The notes under the pieces: generated by a model
What the model saw: only the letters and a program-made list of their open reading frames with translations
Told to the model about the DNA's origin: nothing
Database searches by the model: none
Shown here: positions 38,564 to 47,558 of the stretch, piece by piece
Layout: each line of letters begins with the position of its first letter
Position numbering within the stretch: the first letter of the stretch is position 1
Position numbers and translations under genes: made by a program
Assembly (NCBI GenBank): GCA_029940535.1
Contig: JAPYUM010000002.1
Location: forward strand, 19,264-83,263
Direction of reading: 5' to 3'
Origin: Vicinamibacterales bacterium
Lineage (GTDB): Bacteria > Acidobacteriota > Vicinamibacteria > Vicinamibacterales > UBA8438
DNA length: 64,000 nucleotides

Positions 38564-39190
38564 CTACGTCGGCTGCGAAGCGCGGGCCGCGGCCACCGGC
38601 GCGGCCGCGGCCCGCTTGGTGTAGAAGAACCATAGTCGAAGCCCGAACAGGACCGCGAGCACGGCGGCGTAGACCAGCGGTGGGCCGATGTCGAGTTTCA
38701 CCAGCCACAGATAGTGCACGACGCCCGCCACGGCGGCCAGATACACCAGCCGATGCAACCGACGCCAACGTTGCCCACCGAGCCGGCGAATCATGCCTTT
38801 GGTCGACGTGAGCGCCAACGGCACGAGCAACACGAACCCCGTGAACCCGGCCGTGACATACCGCCGCTCGACAATGTCATCGAGAATCAGATCGAACGCG
38901 AAGAAGAAGTCCAACACCAGATAGGTGCTCAGATGGAGCACCGCGTAGAAGAACGCGAACAGCCCGACCATTCGGCGGTATGACGCGAGCGCTGACCACC
39001 CGAGCAGCTTCCGCAGCGGCGTCACGGCGAGCGCCGCGAGCAAGAACCGCAGCGTCCAGTCGCCGGTGCGATGGGTGATGTCCTCGATGGGGTTCGCGGT
39101 GAGTCCGCCAGTGAATGCCGCCCAGACCAACAGGCCCAGCGGGGTCAAGCACGCCGCAAACACCCACGGCTTGATGCGGCGCACCGTCAT
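38564..39190 (-). CDS. msrQ: protein-methionine-sulfoxide reductase heme-binding subunit MsrQ (YedZ)
   Basis: 208-aa ferric-reductase-like 6-TM protein with conserved His residues; immediately downstream of msrP. Confidence 0.9.
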   Translation of the reverse strand: MTVRRIKPWVFAACLTPLGLLVWAAFTGGLTANPIEDITHRTGDWTLRFLLAALAVTPLRKLLGWSALASYRRMVGLFAFFYAVLHLSTYLVLDFFFAFDLILDDIVERRYVTAGFTGFVLLVPLALTSTKGMIRRLGGQRWRRLHRLVYLAAVAGVVHYLWLVKLDIGPPLVYAAVLAVLFGLRLWFFYTKRAAAAPVAAARASQPT

Positions 39191-39233
39191 ATGGCCTCGC
39201 CCTCAGGCACCCCACCGAACCCGTCCGGTGTAC

Positions 39234-40193
39234 TCAGTAGTTCTCGACCAGATCCATGCCGTCGTAGAGGCTGGCCACCTGGTCGGCATAGCCGTTGAAT
39301 GGCTCGGTTCTCATTCTGAAGAAGCTGCCGATCCGACGCTCGCTCGCCTGACTCCACCGCGGATGACTCACGTCCGGGTTCACGTTCGAGTAGAACCCGT
39401 ACTCGCTCGGAATGGACACGTTCCAGGAATTTCTGGGCTGCTCCCGCACGAACTCCATCTTGACGATCGACTTGATGCTCTTGAATCCGTACTTCCAGGG
39501 CACCACCAACCGCAGCGGCGGGCCCTGCTGATTCATCAGCGTTTTGCCGTACACCCCGACGGCCAGAATGGCCAGCGGATGCATCGCCTCGTCCATTCGC
39601 AGTCCCTCGACATACGGCCATTGCAGGGACCGGCCCCGCTGGCCACGCATCTCCTCGGGACGATGCAACGTCTCGAACTTGACGTACTTCGCGTTCGACG
39701 TCGGCTCGAACCGCTTGATGAGGTCACCGAGCGGAAACCCGACCCACGGCACCACCATCGACCAGGCCTCGACACAGCGCAGTCGATAGATGCGCTCCTC
39801 CAGCGTGTGAGGACGCAGCAGGTCCTCGATCGCCACGTCGGCCGCCGGCTTGTTCATCTCGCCCTCGATCCGGACAGACCACGGGTCGATGGACATTTCG
39901 TGGGCGTATCGGGCGGGGTCTTCTTTGGCGGTGCCGAACTCATAGAAGTTGTTATAGCTCGTAATGTCCTCGTACGAGTTGGGCTCGTCGTCGGTGCTGA
40001 GCGGCGACTTCACGAGATTCGGAATCGGCTCCTGGGCCTGCGCCGTCCCGTCGTATCGTCCAAGCACAGTGCCGCCCGCGATGGCGCCGGCCACCGCGCC
40101 GGACGTGGTCTGAATAAACTGCCGGCGGTTGCGATACACCCGCTCGGGCGTAATCTCCGACGAGCGAATGTCCGGCGCTTGCTTGATCAGCAT
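39234..40193 (-). CDS. msrP: protein-methionine-sulfoxide reductase catalytic subunit MsrP (YedY), molybdopterin enzyme
   Basis: Tat signal [11 protein letters not shown] and the sulfite-oxidase-family Moco domain ([19 protein letters not shown]). Confidence 0.93.
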   Translation of the reverse strand: MLIKQAPDIRSSEITPERVYRNRRQFIQTTSGAVAGAIAGGTVLGRYDGTAQAQEPIPNLVKSPLSTDDEPNSYEDITSYNNFYEFGTAKEDPARYAHEMSIDPWSVRIEGEMNKPAADVAIEDLLRPHTLEERIYRLRCVEAWSMVVPWVGFPLGDLIKRFEPTSNAKYVKFETLHRPEEMRGQRGRSLQWPYVEGLRMDEAMHPLAILAVGVYGKTLMNQQGPPLRLVVPWKYGFKSIKSIVKMEFVREQPRNSWNVSIPSEYGFYSNVNPDVSHPRWSQASERRIGSFFRMRTEPFNGYADQVASLYDGMDLVENY

Positions 40194-40277
40194 TGGATAT
40201 CTCCTGGATCAGCGAGTGGGTGGGGCGTGTCCGCAAGCCACGCCCCTGCTCATGATCCACCCGCTGACTTGACGTTG

Positions 40278-41003
40278 TCAATGTCCAGATCGCCGGTCAC
40301 CGCGCCCGGGGGGGCAGTCGGTGGCGGAAGGGAGGTCGAGAAAATCGACCATTTCCCTCCAGACCCGATCGAGGCTCGCGGTCAACTGATGATCGTCATC
40401 GAGCAGCACGAGACGCGCGTGCGCCCGACCAGTCGCAAACCGTTGGACCATCGCGGGATTCACCACGAGATCGTGGCGTCCCTGCAGAATCAGTATCGGT
40501 AGTGTCGTGGTGGTCGCAAAACTGTCGTAGCGCTGGGCATCGGCATACAGCTCGTAATGCACGTGACGTCGGCGACCCTCGGCGTAGTGCTCGACCTCGA
40601 GCCGGTTGGTCACCCGCCACTGCTCGAGCCCATCCGGACCCAGGCCGGTCATCCCACGGCGTCCAAAGTCGAGCGCGGGCGCGAGTAGCACCAGTCGTGT
40701 CACCGCCGGCCGGCCGTTGTCGTGGTGGGCCGACTGGTCTCCCCGTGCCGCCTGCCGCTGCGCGACGTGCAACGCGACGAACGCGCCAAGGCTCGACCCG
40801 ACCAGCACCACCGGCGCCGGCAGCGTCGCGACGAGGCGCTCGACCTGTTCCACCATCCGCGACACGGTCAACGTCGCGAAGTCCGGCTCATTGAGATCCG
40901 GACACTGGACGCTCACCCCGCGTCGCACGAGGCGCTCGCCCAGCCCGCGGGCCTTTGATGAATCGGGCGACGAGGCAAACCCGTGGAGATAAATGACATG
41001 CAT
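40278..41003 (-). CDS. alpha/beta hydrolase (YqiA-like esterase)
   Basis: MHVIYLHGFASSPDSSKA... and a nucleophile elbow GSSLG. The ATG at 41003 was chosen. Confidence 0.78.
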   Translation of the reverse strand: MHVIYLHGFASSPDSSKARGLGERLVRRGVSVQCPDLNEPDFATLTVSRMVEQVERLVATLPAPVVLVGSSLGAFVALHVAQRQAARGDQSAHHDNGRPAVTRLVLLAPALDFGRRGMTGLGPDGLEQWRVTNRLEVEHYAEGRRRHVHYELYADAQRYDSFATTTTLPILILQGRHDLVVNPAMVQRFATGRAHARLVLLDDDHQLTASLDRVWREMVDFLDLPSATDCPPGRGDRRSGH

Positions 41004-41045
41004 GGATCGCAGGCCTAGGCTAGCAGGATGCAAGAACACACGAGC

Positions 41046-41170
41046 GGTTTCCTGGCAAGCCGTTCGTCTGGCCAGACGCGAGGAGGGAGCATGCAGGCGT
41101 CACCCCCGCCCGATCGGGCGGGGGTGACCGACGAAGCAACGCCGCCAGGCGGACGGATCGCCAGGAAACC
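41046..41170. mobile_element. Family-2 MITE-like repeat (copy C, complete, 125 bp)
   Basis: Terminal inverted repeats GGTTTCCTGGCAAGCCGTTCG... / ...CGGACGGATCGCCAGGAAACC. The interior aligns with copies A and B and contains a perfect 30-bp palindrome. Confidence 0.7.
41099..41128. repeat. perfect 30-bp palindrome
   Basis: GTCACCCCCGCCCGATCGGGCGGGGGTGAC is its own reverse complement. It lies 45 bp downstream of the SET-domain gene stop. Confidence 0.9.
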
Positions 41171-41172
41171 AG

Positions 41173-41682
41173 CTACAAACGATTCGTGCACCCCGGCCGG
41201 CATCGACACACGATCTCTTTGTCGCCGTCGGTGTGGTAATCGTAGGTGAGTTCCTCACCGGCCTTGATGTTCCGACCGGCAATGATCCAGATTTTGTGGT
41301 CGATGATGTTGCTGTAGCAGTTGGGTTTGCACGCATGGTTGATAAACCGTGCGACGTTCCCGTTCACGTTCGCGTCAATGACCGAGCGCCGGGTCACGCG
41401 GAAGCACCAAATCTCGCCGCGTCGGAGATACCGGTCCTCTCGGTCTTCACTCTCCTTCGAGGTGATTTTCTCCCCGTCGTAGGTGATGATGCGCTTGTTC
41501 TTGTTCATGTCCTCAAGCGCGAACACCCCCCAGCCGTGCAGGGCGGAGCGCTTGCGGCGTATTCGAGGCAGATATATCGCACCCAATCTCGTGTGCCTCT
41601 TGGTTCTCGATGCCTGGTGTCCGACCTCGGGACGACATAGCTGCCGTCGGAGCTCGCGCGTCACGCAAAACCGCAGCATCAT
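41173..41682 (-). CDS. SET domain-containing protein (putative protein-lysine methyltransferase)
   Basis: HGWGVFA...NVARFINHACKPNC...ELTYDY... and post-SET Cys CRCRPGC. Start taken at the MML.. ATG (41682) and uncertain. Confidence 0.85.
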   Translation of the reverse strand: MMLRFCVTRELRRQLCRPEVGHQASRTKRHTRLGAIYLPRIRRKRSALHGWGVFALEDMNKNKRIITYDGEKITSKESEDREDRYLRRGEIWCFRVTRRSVIDANVNGNVARFINHACKPNCYSNIIDHKIWIIAGRNIKAGEELTYDYHTDGDKEIVCRCRPGCTNRL

Positions 41683-41727
41683 AGCAGTCTGGCGGCACGG
41701 TCCGACCGCACGCATACAATCGCGCCC

Positions 41728-42114
41728 GTGACGTCCCCCTGCCAGGAGCCGCAACCGGCACTGCTGCGACGCGGCATCGAGCAGTTCAACCGCGGGGAAT
41801 TCTTCGAGCAGCACGAAACCCTGGAAGACCTCTGGCGGGAGGAGTCACGGCCGATCCGAACCCTCTATCAAGGCATCCTGCAGATCGGGGTCGCGATGTA
41901 TCACGTGCAACGCCGCAACCACCACGGCGCCGTCTACATGCTGACCCGGGGCAGCGACTACCTTCGCCCGTTCGCCCCGTCATGCCAAGGCGTGGACGTC
42001 GCCGACCTGCTACAGCAAGCCGCGCGCGCCCTGGACGAAGTGGAACGCCTGGGTCCGAAACGACTCGACACCTTCGAGTGGTCCCTGTCGCCGCGCGTCC
42101 GCGGCAGTGGGTGA
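41728..42114 (+). CDS. DUF309 domain-containing protein
   Basis: FNRGEFFEQHETLEDLWREE...YQGILQIGVAMYHVQRRNHHGA is the DUF309 signature. Confidence 0.8.
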   Translation: MTSPCQEPQPALLRRGIEQFNRGEFFEQHETLEDLWREESRPIRTLYQGILQIGVAMYHVQRRNHHGAVYMLTRGSDYLRPFAPSCQGVDVADLLQQAARALDEVERLGPKRLDTFEWSLSPRVRGSG

Positions 42115-42159
42115 GGCCCTGTGGGCCGGTCCGAATCGCACGGTTGTATACTCGCCGGC

Positions 42160-42852
42160 ATGAGTCCCGCGCCGAGATTCACCGACCGGTCCCTCAAGTT
42201 CCTGCGCTCGCTGAAGCGGCACAACACCCGCGAGTGGTTCGCCGCGCACAAGGACGACTACGAAGCGCACGTCCGCGCCCCGATGCTCGCCGTCATCGAA
42301 CGCCTGGCGGTTGACTTTCCCCATATCGCCCCGGATTTGATCGCGTCGCCCCGTTCGATGTATCGCATCTATCGAGACACCCGGTTCTCACCGGACAAGA
42401 CGCCATACAAGACCCATGTGTCGGCCTCCTTCTCTCATCGGACCTTGCCGAAACACGAAAGCGCCGGGCTGTATTTTCACCTCGGCCCTGACCAGTTGTG
42501 GATCGGCGGTGGCCTGTACGCCCCACAAACGCCGCAACTCCAGCGCATTCGCGAACACCTCGTGTCCAACCTCCGGAGCTTTCGGACGCTCGCCGAGTCG
42601 CCCGCCATGCGACGCGTTGGAGGTGTCACCGGCTCGCGGCTGAAGCGTGTGCCACGCGGGTTCCCCGCTGACCACGAGGCCGCGGACTATCTGCGTCTGA
42701 AACAGTATCTGGCGGGCGAGGAACTGGACCCCGCCATGGCCCTCAGCCCGCGGTTCTACAGCGTGCTGGTACGACGATTCACCGCCCTGGCCCCGCTGAT
42801 CACCTTCTTGAACGCTCCACTAGTCAAAGCCGCCCGCCTCACGTTGTCATGA
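42160..42852 (+). CDS. DUF2461 (TIGR02453) family protein
   Basis: FLRSLKRHNTREWFAAHKDDYE...RIYRDTRFSPDKTPYKTH... Confidence 0.82.
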   Translation: MSPAPRFTDRSLKFLRSLKRHNTREWFAAHKDDYEAHVRAPMLAVIERLAVDFPHIAPDLIASPRSMYRIYRDTRFSPDKTPYKTHVSASFSHRTLPKHESAGLYFHLGPDQLWIGGGLYAPQTPQLQRIREHLVSNLRSFRTLAESPAMRRVGGVTGSRLKRVPRGFPADHEAADYLRLKQYLAGEELDPAMALSPRFYSVLVRRFTALAPLITFLNAPLVKAARLTLS

Positions 42853-43643
42853 CCGTTGCCCTCGTCGGGCTTGCCGGGTGCGGCATTCACGCCGGGGAAA
42901 CAGGTCTCAGCCTGAATTTCGGCCGCGAAGCCGACAGTCTGTTCGAATGGAGCGGTCAGCTTGCGGAGGGCCAGTGGCTCGAAATCCAGGGCATCAATGG
43001 CGAGGTGAACGCCGCGCCGGCCACCGGTGACACGGCTGCGGTGACCGCCGTGCGTAGGGGCATTCGTAGTGACCCTAACGAGGTGGAACTCGTGGTCGTC
43101 GAGCATGCCGACGGGGTGACCATTTGCGCCGTGTACCCATCCGGAGGCAACGAACCCAACGAGTGCGTGCCGGCGAACGGCGGCCGCAACGGGACCCGAC
43201 GCAACGATGTCAAGGTCGTGCTCGACATCCAGGTGCCAGCCGGAGTCCGCTTCGCCGGACGTATGGTGAACGGCGCCGTCCGGGCGGAAGACCTCACCGC
43301 AAACATCCGGGCACGAACCGTCAACGGCAGCATTCGCCTGTCGACCACACGGGGCGCCAGTGCGAAAACTGTCAACGGATCGATCAGGGCCTCCTTCAAC
43401 GACTCATCCTGGAATGGGGAGGCCGCGTTCGAGACGGTGAATGGCAGTATCCGGCTCAACGTGTCACCCGATATCAATGCGGACCTGAATATTCGCACCG
43501 CGAACGGCCGGATCACCACGAACCTTCCGGTCGATACGACTCGGTCGACGCGACGCCGCGTCGAGGGCACGCTGGGAACTGGAGGCCCGACGCTCCGCCT
43601 CAAGACCGTCAACGGCAGCGTCACCCTCAACCCAGTCGAGTGA
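42849..43643 (+). CDS. DUF4097-type putative adhesin lipoprotein
   Basis: Lipobox LAGC at the N-terminus and repeated VNGSIR/ANGRIT beta-helix-like units. Its ATG overlaps the upstream stop (ATGA). Confidence 0.75.
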   Translation: MTVALVGLAGCGIHAGETGLSLNFGREADSLFEWSGQLAEGQWLEIQGINGEVNAAPATGDTAAVTAVRRGIRSDPNEVELVVVEHADGVTICAVYPSGGNEPNECVPANGGRNGTRRNDVKVVLDIQVPAGVRFAGRMVNGAVRAEDLTANIRARTVNGSIRLSTTRGASAKTVNGSIRASFNDSSWNGEAAFETVNGSIRLNVSPDINADLNIRTANGRITTNLPVDTTRSTRRRVEGTLGTGGPTLRLKTVNGSVTLNPVE

Positions 43644-43695
43644 GCTAGGTTGTCCGACGATCAGTCAGCACCCCCCTCGGACGTGTATCAGCAAC

Positions 43696-44829
43696 CTAGC
43701 CCCCGGTCCGTCGCTCGGGCACTTCAGCGTGCGGCGGGCCCGGGGCAAACGCTCGCATCGCGAAGCCGGCGCCGTCGCCGGAGGCGACCAGGGCCGGTGA
43801 ACCGCAGCGTCTCTCCCCAACCAGCCTCGACAAGCGGGACATGAGCGTGGTGACCCGGGCGGCGTCCGGTCGCGCACGCGCCAGCAGCGAGATCTGTCGG
43901 CCTCCTGTCGGCGCCGGGTCGACGACCACGGTGACCTCCCTCACCCCAGCGCGCGGCGGGTTCAGGTCCAGTTCGAGCCGCACCAGCGTCCGCAGCGCCT
44001 TCGACTCACGCGTTGGAGTGGCGAGCGTCACCCGCGTGGCGTGGATTTCCCCCGTGACCAGCTTCAACTGCACCTGCACCACTGACGCGCCGGCGCTTGT
44101 CTGAGCCAGCCGTTCGCATAGGGTCTCGAACAGGCGGCTCAACACGAAGGAGAGCGGATCGAGCCCCTCGACCGGTGTCTCGAGCCTCAGAGTCGACTCG
44201 ACTCGCTGGTCCGCCGACGCCACCGTCCACGACGGGTCGTCTTCCCCGCGCGCGAACCGTTGCAACGCCAGGCCCCCCGGCCCCAGTCGCTCCAGCAGTG
44301 TCGCCGAGGACTGATGGGCCAGGTCACCCAGCGTGCGTACTCCCCAGCGACGCACCGTCGACAACAGCGCGAAGGCCGGGATGGCCAACCCCGCTCCTGC
44401 CACCGGCGCCCTTCGGCGCGCTTGCCCCGTCACGCCCCGTGCCTGCCGCCGCGCCAGCGTACGCAAGACGTCGAGCGGGAGGGACGCCAACACCGCCGCT
44501 TCCTGCCCAGGCTCGACCACGGTCAGTCCACTGCGCGCTTGGACGATCAACAACGCCGCCGACCGGGTCGGCGCCACGGCGATGCGGAGATACAGGCGCC
44601 GGTCGGCGGCCACTCGGCGGAGCGTGGCCCCCAGCTCCCGGCTGTTCCCGACCCGATCCGTGATCCCCGTCGCGTCGAGTACGACGAGATTGTCGCCATG
44701 CACCTCGACCCTCGGCGACTGTTCACGTGCCAGCCGCACGAGTTCATTGGTGACGAGTTTGGCGCGTGGCACCCCGTCGTTGGATCGGAACGCGAGACCG
44801 CGTGACGGAGCGTAGAGACAAGCAAACAT
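43696..44829 (-). CDS. imuB: ImuB-like Y-family DNA polymerase homologue
   Basis: MFACLYAP... start typical of ImuB and a Y-family fold region; directly downstream of the imuA-like gene. Confidence 0.75.
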   Translation of the reverse strand: MFACLYAPSRGLAFRSNDGVPRAKLVTNELVRLAREQSPRVEVHGDNLVVLDATGITDRVGNSRELGATLRRVAADRRLYLRIAVAPTRSAALLIVQARSGLTVVEPGQEAAVLASLPLDVLRTLARRQARGVTGQARRRAPVAGAGLAIPAFALLSTVRRWGVRTLGDLAHQSSATLLERLGPGGLALQRFARGEDDPSWTVASADQRVESTLRLETPVEGLDPLSFVLSRLFETLCERLAQTSAGASVVQVQLKLVTGEIHATRVTLATPTRESKALRTLVRLELDLNPPRAGVREVTVVVDPAPTGGRQISLLARARPDAARVTTLMSRLSRLVGERRCGSPALVASGDGAGFAMRAFAPGPPHAEVPERRTGG

Positions 44830-44865
44830 GCGTGGCACCCCTTCCCAGATACGAGACGCGCGGGC

Positions 44866-45600
44866 TCAGGCGTCGGCCCGCGGCCCTCGAAACGTAGTAA
44901 ACGCATCAGACGAGCGATGCGGAACGACCCGCGCCTCCCACACCGAATCGAGCACCGGTCGAGCCCCAGCCCCAGGTGGTCGGACATCGCCGGCCCCCGC
45001 GTTGGCCGGGGTCCGCAGCAGCACCACCTGCCCCTCTGCACTTCGCGCCGTCGGCTCTGGCCCGAGCAGGAGCCCGGACGTCTGGCCACCCGCCAACCGA
45101 CGAAACAGACCCGACCAGGCCGTGACCGGCACCTGCCGCATCTGACGCGCCGACAGATGGCTGAGGTCGAGCACGGCCACCCCAAATTCGTCCGTGTCAA
45201 TGACCAGTTCCAGCGCCGTGAGCGCCCGCGCAATCGAGGGCGACACGTCCCGGGGCTGGCCGCCCCCGTCGCCGCGGACCCACAGCAGACGTGACAGATC
45301 GAGCCCCGACGCCGCGCTAGCGGTTGGCATGAATTGGTCGCCCGGGTCGATGAGCGCGACCACCTCCCCACGTCCGGTGGCGGCAGCCAGCACGGTCGCC
45401 AGCACACCGGTGCGGGTCGACGAGCACGGACCGACGATCTCAGACAGCTGCCCGCGGGCGAACCCGCCCCCGAGCAACTCGTCGAGTCCGGGATGGCCGG
45501 TGCCGGCCAGATCGCACGGTCGTCGGCCACACGCCACAGATGTCGTCTGATCCAGTCGACGGTCAGGTGATGGCGGGCGGCGGCGGGAAATGGTCGACAT
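44866..45600 (-). CDS. imuA: ImuA-like (RecA/SulA-fold) translesion synthesis protein
   Basis: GHPGLDELLGGGFARGQLSEIVG... and ...VVALIDPGDQF...; 244 aa; paired with imuB. Confidence 0.72.
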   Translation of the reverse strand: MSTISRRRPPSPDRRLDQTTSVACGRRPCDLAGTGHPGLDELLGGGFARGQLSEIVGPCSSTRTGVLATVLAAATGRGEVVALIDPGDQFMPTASAASGLDLSRLLWVRGDGGGQPRDVSPSIARALTALELVIDTDEFGVAVLDLSHLSARQMRQVPVTAWSGLFRRLAGGQTSGLLLGPEPTARSAEGQVVLLRTPANAGAGDVRPPGAGARPVLDSVWEARVVPHRSSDAFTTFRGPRADA

Positions 45601-45607
45601 GTTTATA

Positions 45608-45622
45608 TTTCGCTTTTTGTTC
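45608..45622. promoter_or_regulatory. candidate LexA (SOS) box, GTTC-N7-GTTC type with one mismatch
   Basis: TTTC-GCTTTTT-GTTC lies within a locally AT-rich 50-bp stretch immediately upstream of imuA. Confidence 0.25.
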
Positions 45623-45792
45623 GCTTAATGGAATATAGATTGCCCGACGGGAATGATCAAGGGGAATTCGCAGATCGCCGATCGTACGGATGTCTCGACG
45701 AACCACCCGGCGCCAGGTGTTACGATGGGCGGCTGGCGTGCTCCGGAGGGCAGGACGTGTTCTTCGAAATCCTCAATATTCTCCACCGCGGC

Positions 45793-46121
45793 ATGAGACT
45801 ACGATGCCCCTGTTGCGGCCACGGACGGCTCTTCAAGAGCGCGCTACGCACCTACGACGGGCCTGCGACGAGCGATTCGAACGCGAACCTGGGCAGTGTT
45901 TCGGCGCGATCTACGTCAACCTCGGGCTGTCCGGTCTGCTCACCCTCACGGCCTACCTGATAACAACCACGCTCTTCTCGTTGACGATGACCCAGCAACG
46001 CAGCATCTTGATCCCCGTCGCCGTCCTCGGCCCGTGTCTGTGCTTCCGGCTGGCCAAAGGACTCTGAACCAGCATCATCTTCTTGGGTGAAGGACTGTAT
46101 CTGCAGTGGCCGAACCGGTAA
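45793..46121 (+). pseudogene. DUF983-like zinc-ribbon membrane protein, disrupted (frameshift + in-frame stop)
   Basis: Frame 1 reads MRLRCPCCGHGRLFKSALRTYD. The -1 frame continues ..ACDERFEREPGQCFGAIYVNLGLSGLLTLTAYLI.. to a TGA at 46065, after which the same frame still reads TSIIFLGEGLYLQWPNR. Confidence 0.5.
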
Positions 46122-47377
46122 CTGATCCGCCCCCTACTCCGCCCGCCACCGCTGTTCCATCCCCCACGCCGTCGACCGGGTCTGCGGTCCTTCGGCGGTT
46201 GGCCGTGGCTTTCACCTTCAAGAAGTTCCGCAATCTGTGGCTGGCCGCCTTCACCTCGGCGCTGGGCACCTGGATGCAACGGCTCGCCAAGCAGTTGCTC
46301 ATTCTGAATCTGACCGGCTCGGCGTTTATCCTCGGGCTCGACACGTTCTTCGCCGAAGTTCCTCTGCTGCTCTTCACCCTGGTCGGCGGAGTGGTGGCGG
46401 ACCGGCACGACCGTCGCCATCTGCTGATGGCGTCGCAGACGCTGCAGATGGTCTGTGCCCTGGCCCTGGCCGCCATGGTCTTCTTCGATGTCACCCGGGT
46501 GCGCTACATCCTGGCCCTATCGTTCACGGCCGGGGTGGCACAGGCCTTCGGGGGACCGGCGTTCCAGTCGCTCATCCCAGCGTTGGTGCCGCGCCAGCAT
46601 CTCCCCAACGCCGTCGCCCTGAACTCCATCCAATTCAACCTGGCGCAGGCGATCGGCCCGCTCATCGGCGTGCTCGTTCTGGCCGCACTCGGCATGGCCG
46701 GCTGCTTTGGCATCAACGGGTTATCGTTTCTCGCGGTCATCGCCGTGCTCGGGATGATGCGTCTGCCGCCGCCGCCACCCGGCACACGACAGCGGATGCT
46801 GACCGAGCTGCGAGGAGGGCTCTCGTACGTGCGCCATGGCGGCGCGCTCCTGGCGCTCACCGTGCTGGCATTCGCCACCACGTCGTTGGCGCTGCCCCTG
46901 AGGACATTTCTCCCAGTGTTCGCCGTCGACAACGCGCATCTGAGTTGGATGATGGCGTCGGTCGGGGCCGGCTCGGTGCTGGGGGCGCTGGTCGTCGCCT
47001 GGCTTGGCAAGTTCGAACACATGGGCCGCACGTTGCTGGTGGTGCAGGTCCTATTCGGTGGCATCATCGCCGCCTTCGCGCTGCTCCCGAACTCCGGGTT
47101 CAGCTATGTGTTGCTGTTTCTGAGTGGCACCGCGCTCCTGATGATCTTCTCGCTCACCAACTCGCTGGTGCAACTTGCGGTGCCGGACGAGCTGCGGGGA
47201 CGCGTGATCAGCATCTACCTGGTCGCGTTTCGTGGCGGCATGCCGCTGGGCAGTCTCATCAGCGGGTACTTCATCTCGCGATACTCCGCGCCCCCCGTCA
47301 TCGCCATCAACGCACTGCTGCTCTCGCTGGTGGCCGCCACATTTCTGATCGGGAATCAGCAGGTGCGGGACCTCTAG
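46106..47377 (+). CDS. MFS transporter (EntS/MFS_3-like)
   Basis: 423 aa with about 12 TM segments; FRNLWLAAFTSALGTWMQ and VADRHDRR are characteristic of this subfamily. Confidence 0.88.
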   Translation: MAEPVTDPPPTPPATAVPSPTPSTGSAVLRRLAVAFTFKKFRNLWLAAFTSALGTWMQRLAKQLLILNLTGSAFILGLDTFFAEVPLLLFTLVGGVVADRHDRRHLLMASQTLQMVCALALAAMVFFDVTRVRYILALSFTAGVAQAFGGPAFQSLIPALVPRQHLPNAVALNSIQFNLAQAIGPLIGVLVLAALGMAGCFGINGLSFLAVIAVLGMMRLPPPPPGTRQRMLTELRGGLSYVRHGGALLALTVLAFATTSLALPLRTFLPVFAVDNAHLSWMMASVGAGSVLGALVVAWLGKFEHMGRTLLVVQVLFGGIIAAFALLPNSGFSYVLLFLSGTALLMIFSLTNSLVQLAVPDELRGRVISIYLVAFRGGMPLGSLISGYFISRYSAPPVIAINALLLSLVAATFLIGNQQVRDL

Positions 47378-47381
47378 TACC

Positions 47382-47474
47382 TAGACGGGGCTGCGCCCCG
47401 ACCCCCACGCGACCCCTTCGCGGGGACCCCGAGTGCCCCACTCCGCGGTCGCGGGGCGCGCATTGTCGCGCGCC
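47382..47474 (+). repeat. Family-1 dispersed intergenic repeat (copy F, forward)
   Basis: TAGACGGGGCTGCGCCCCGACCCCCACGCGACCCCTTCGCGGGGACCCCGAGTGCCCCACTCCGCGGTCGCGGGGCGCGCATTGTCGCGCGCC. Confidence 0.88.
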
Positions 47475-47558
47475 TCTTGCCTAATGTGGGACGCGGGCAG
47501 GTCCACGCGATCACGGGCTGGACTTCCTGGGACATCGGACAACCGTTATGCTCACAAT

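Noticed and set aside
46065-46067. In-frame TGA in the DUF983-like gene as a second recoding (Sec/Trp) site.
   Set aside because: There is no Cys/redox context and no downstream hairpin. The gene also carries a frameshift, so a pseudogene is the simpler explanation.
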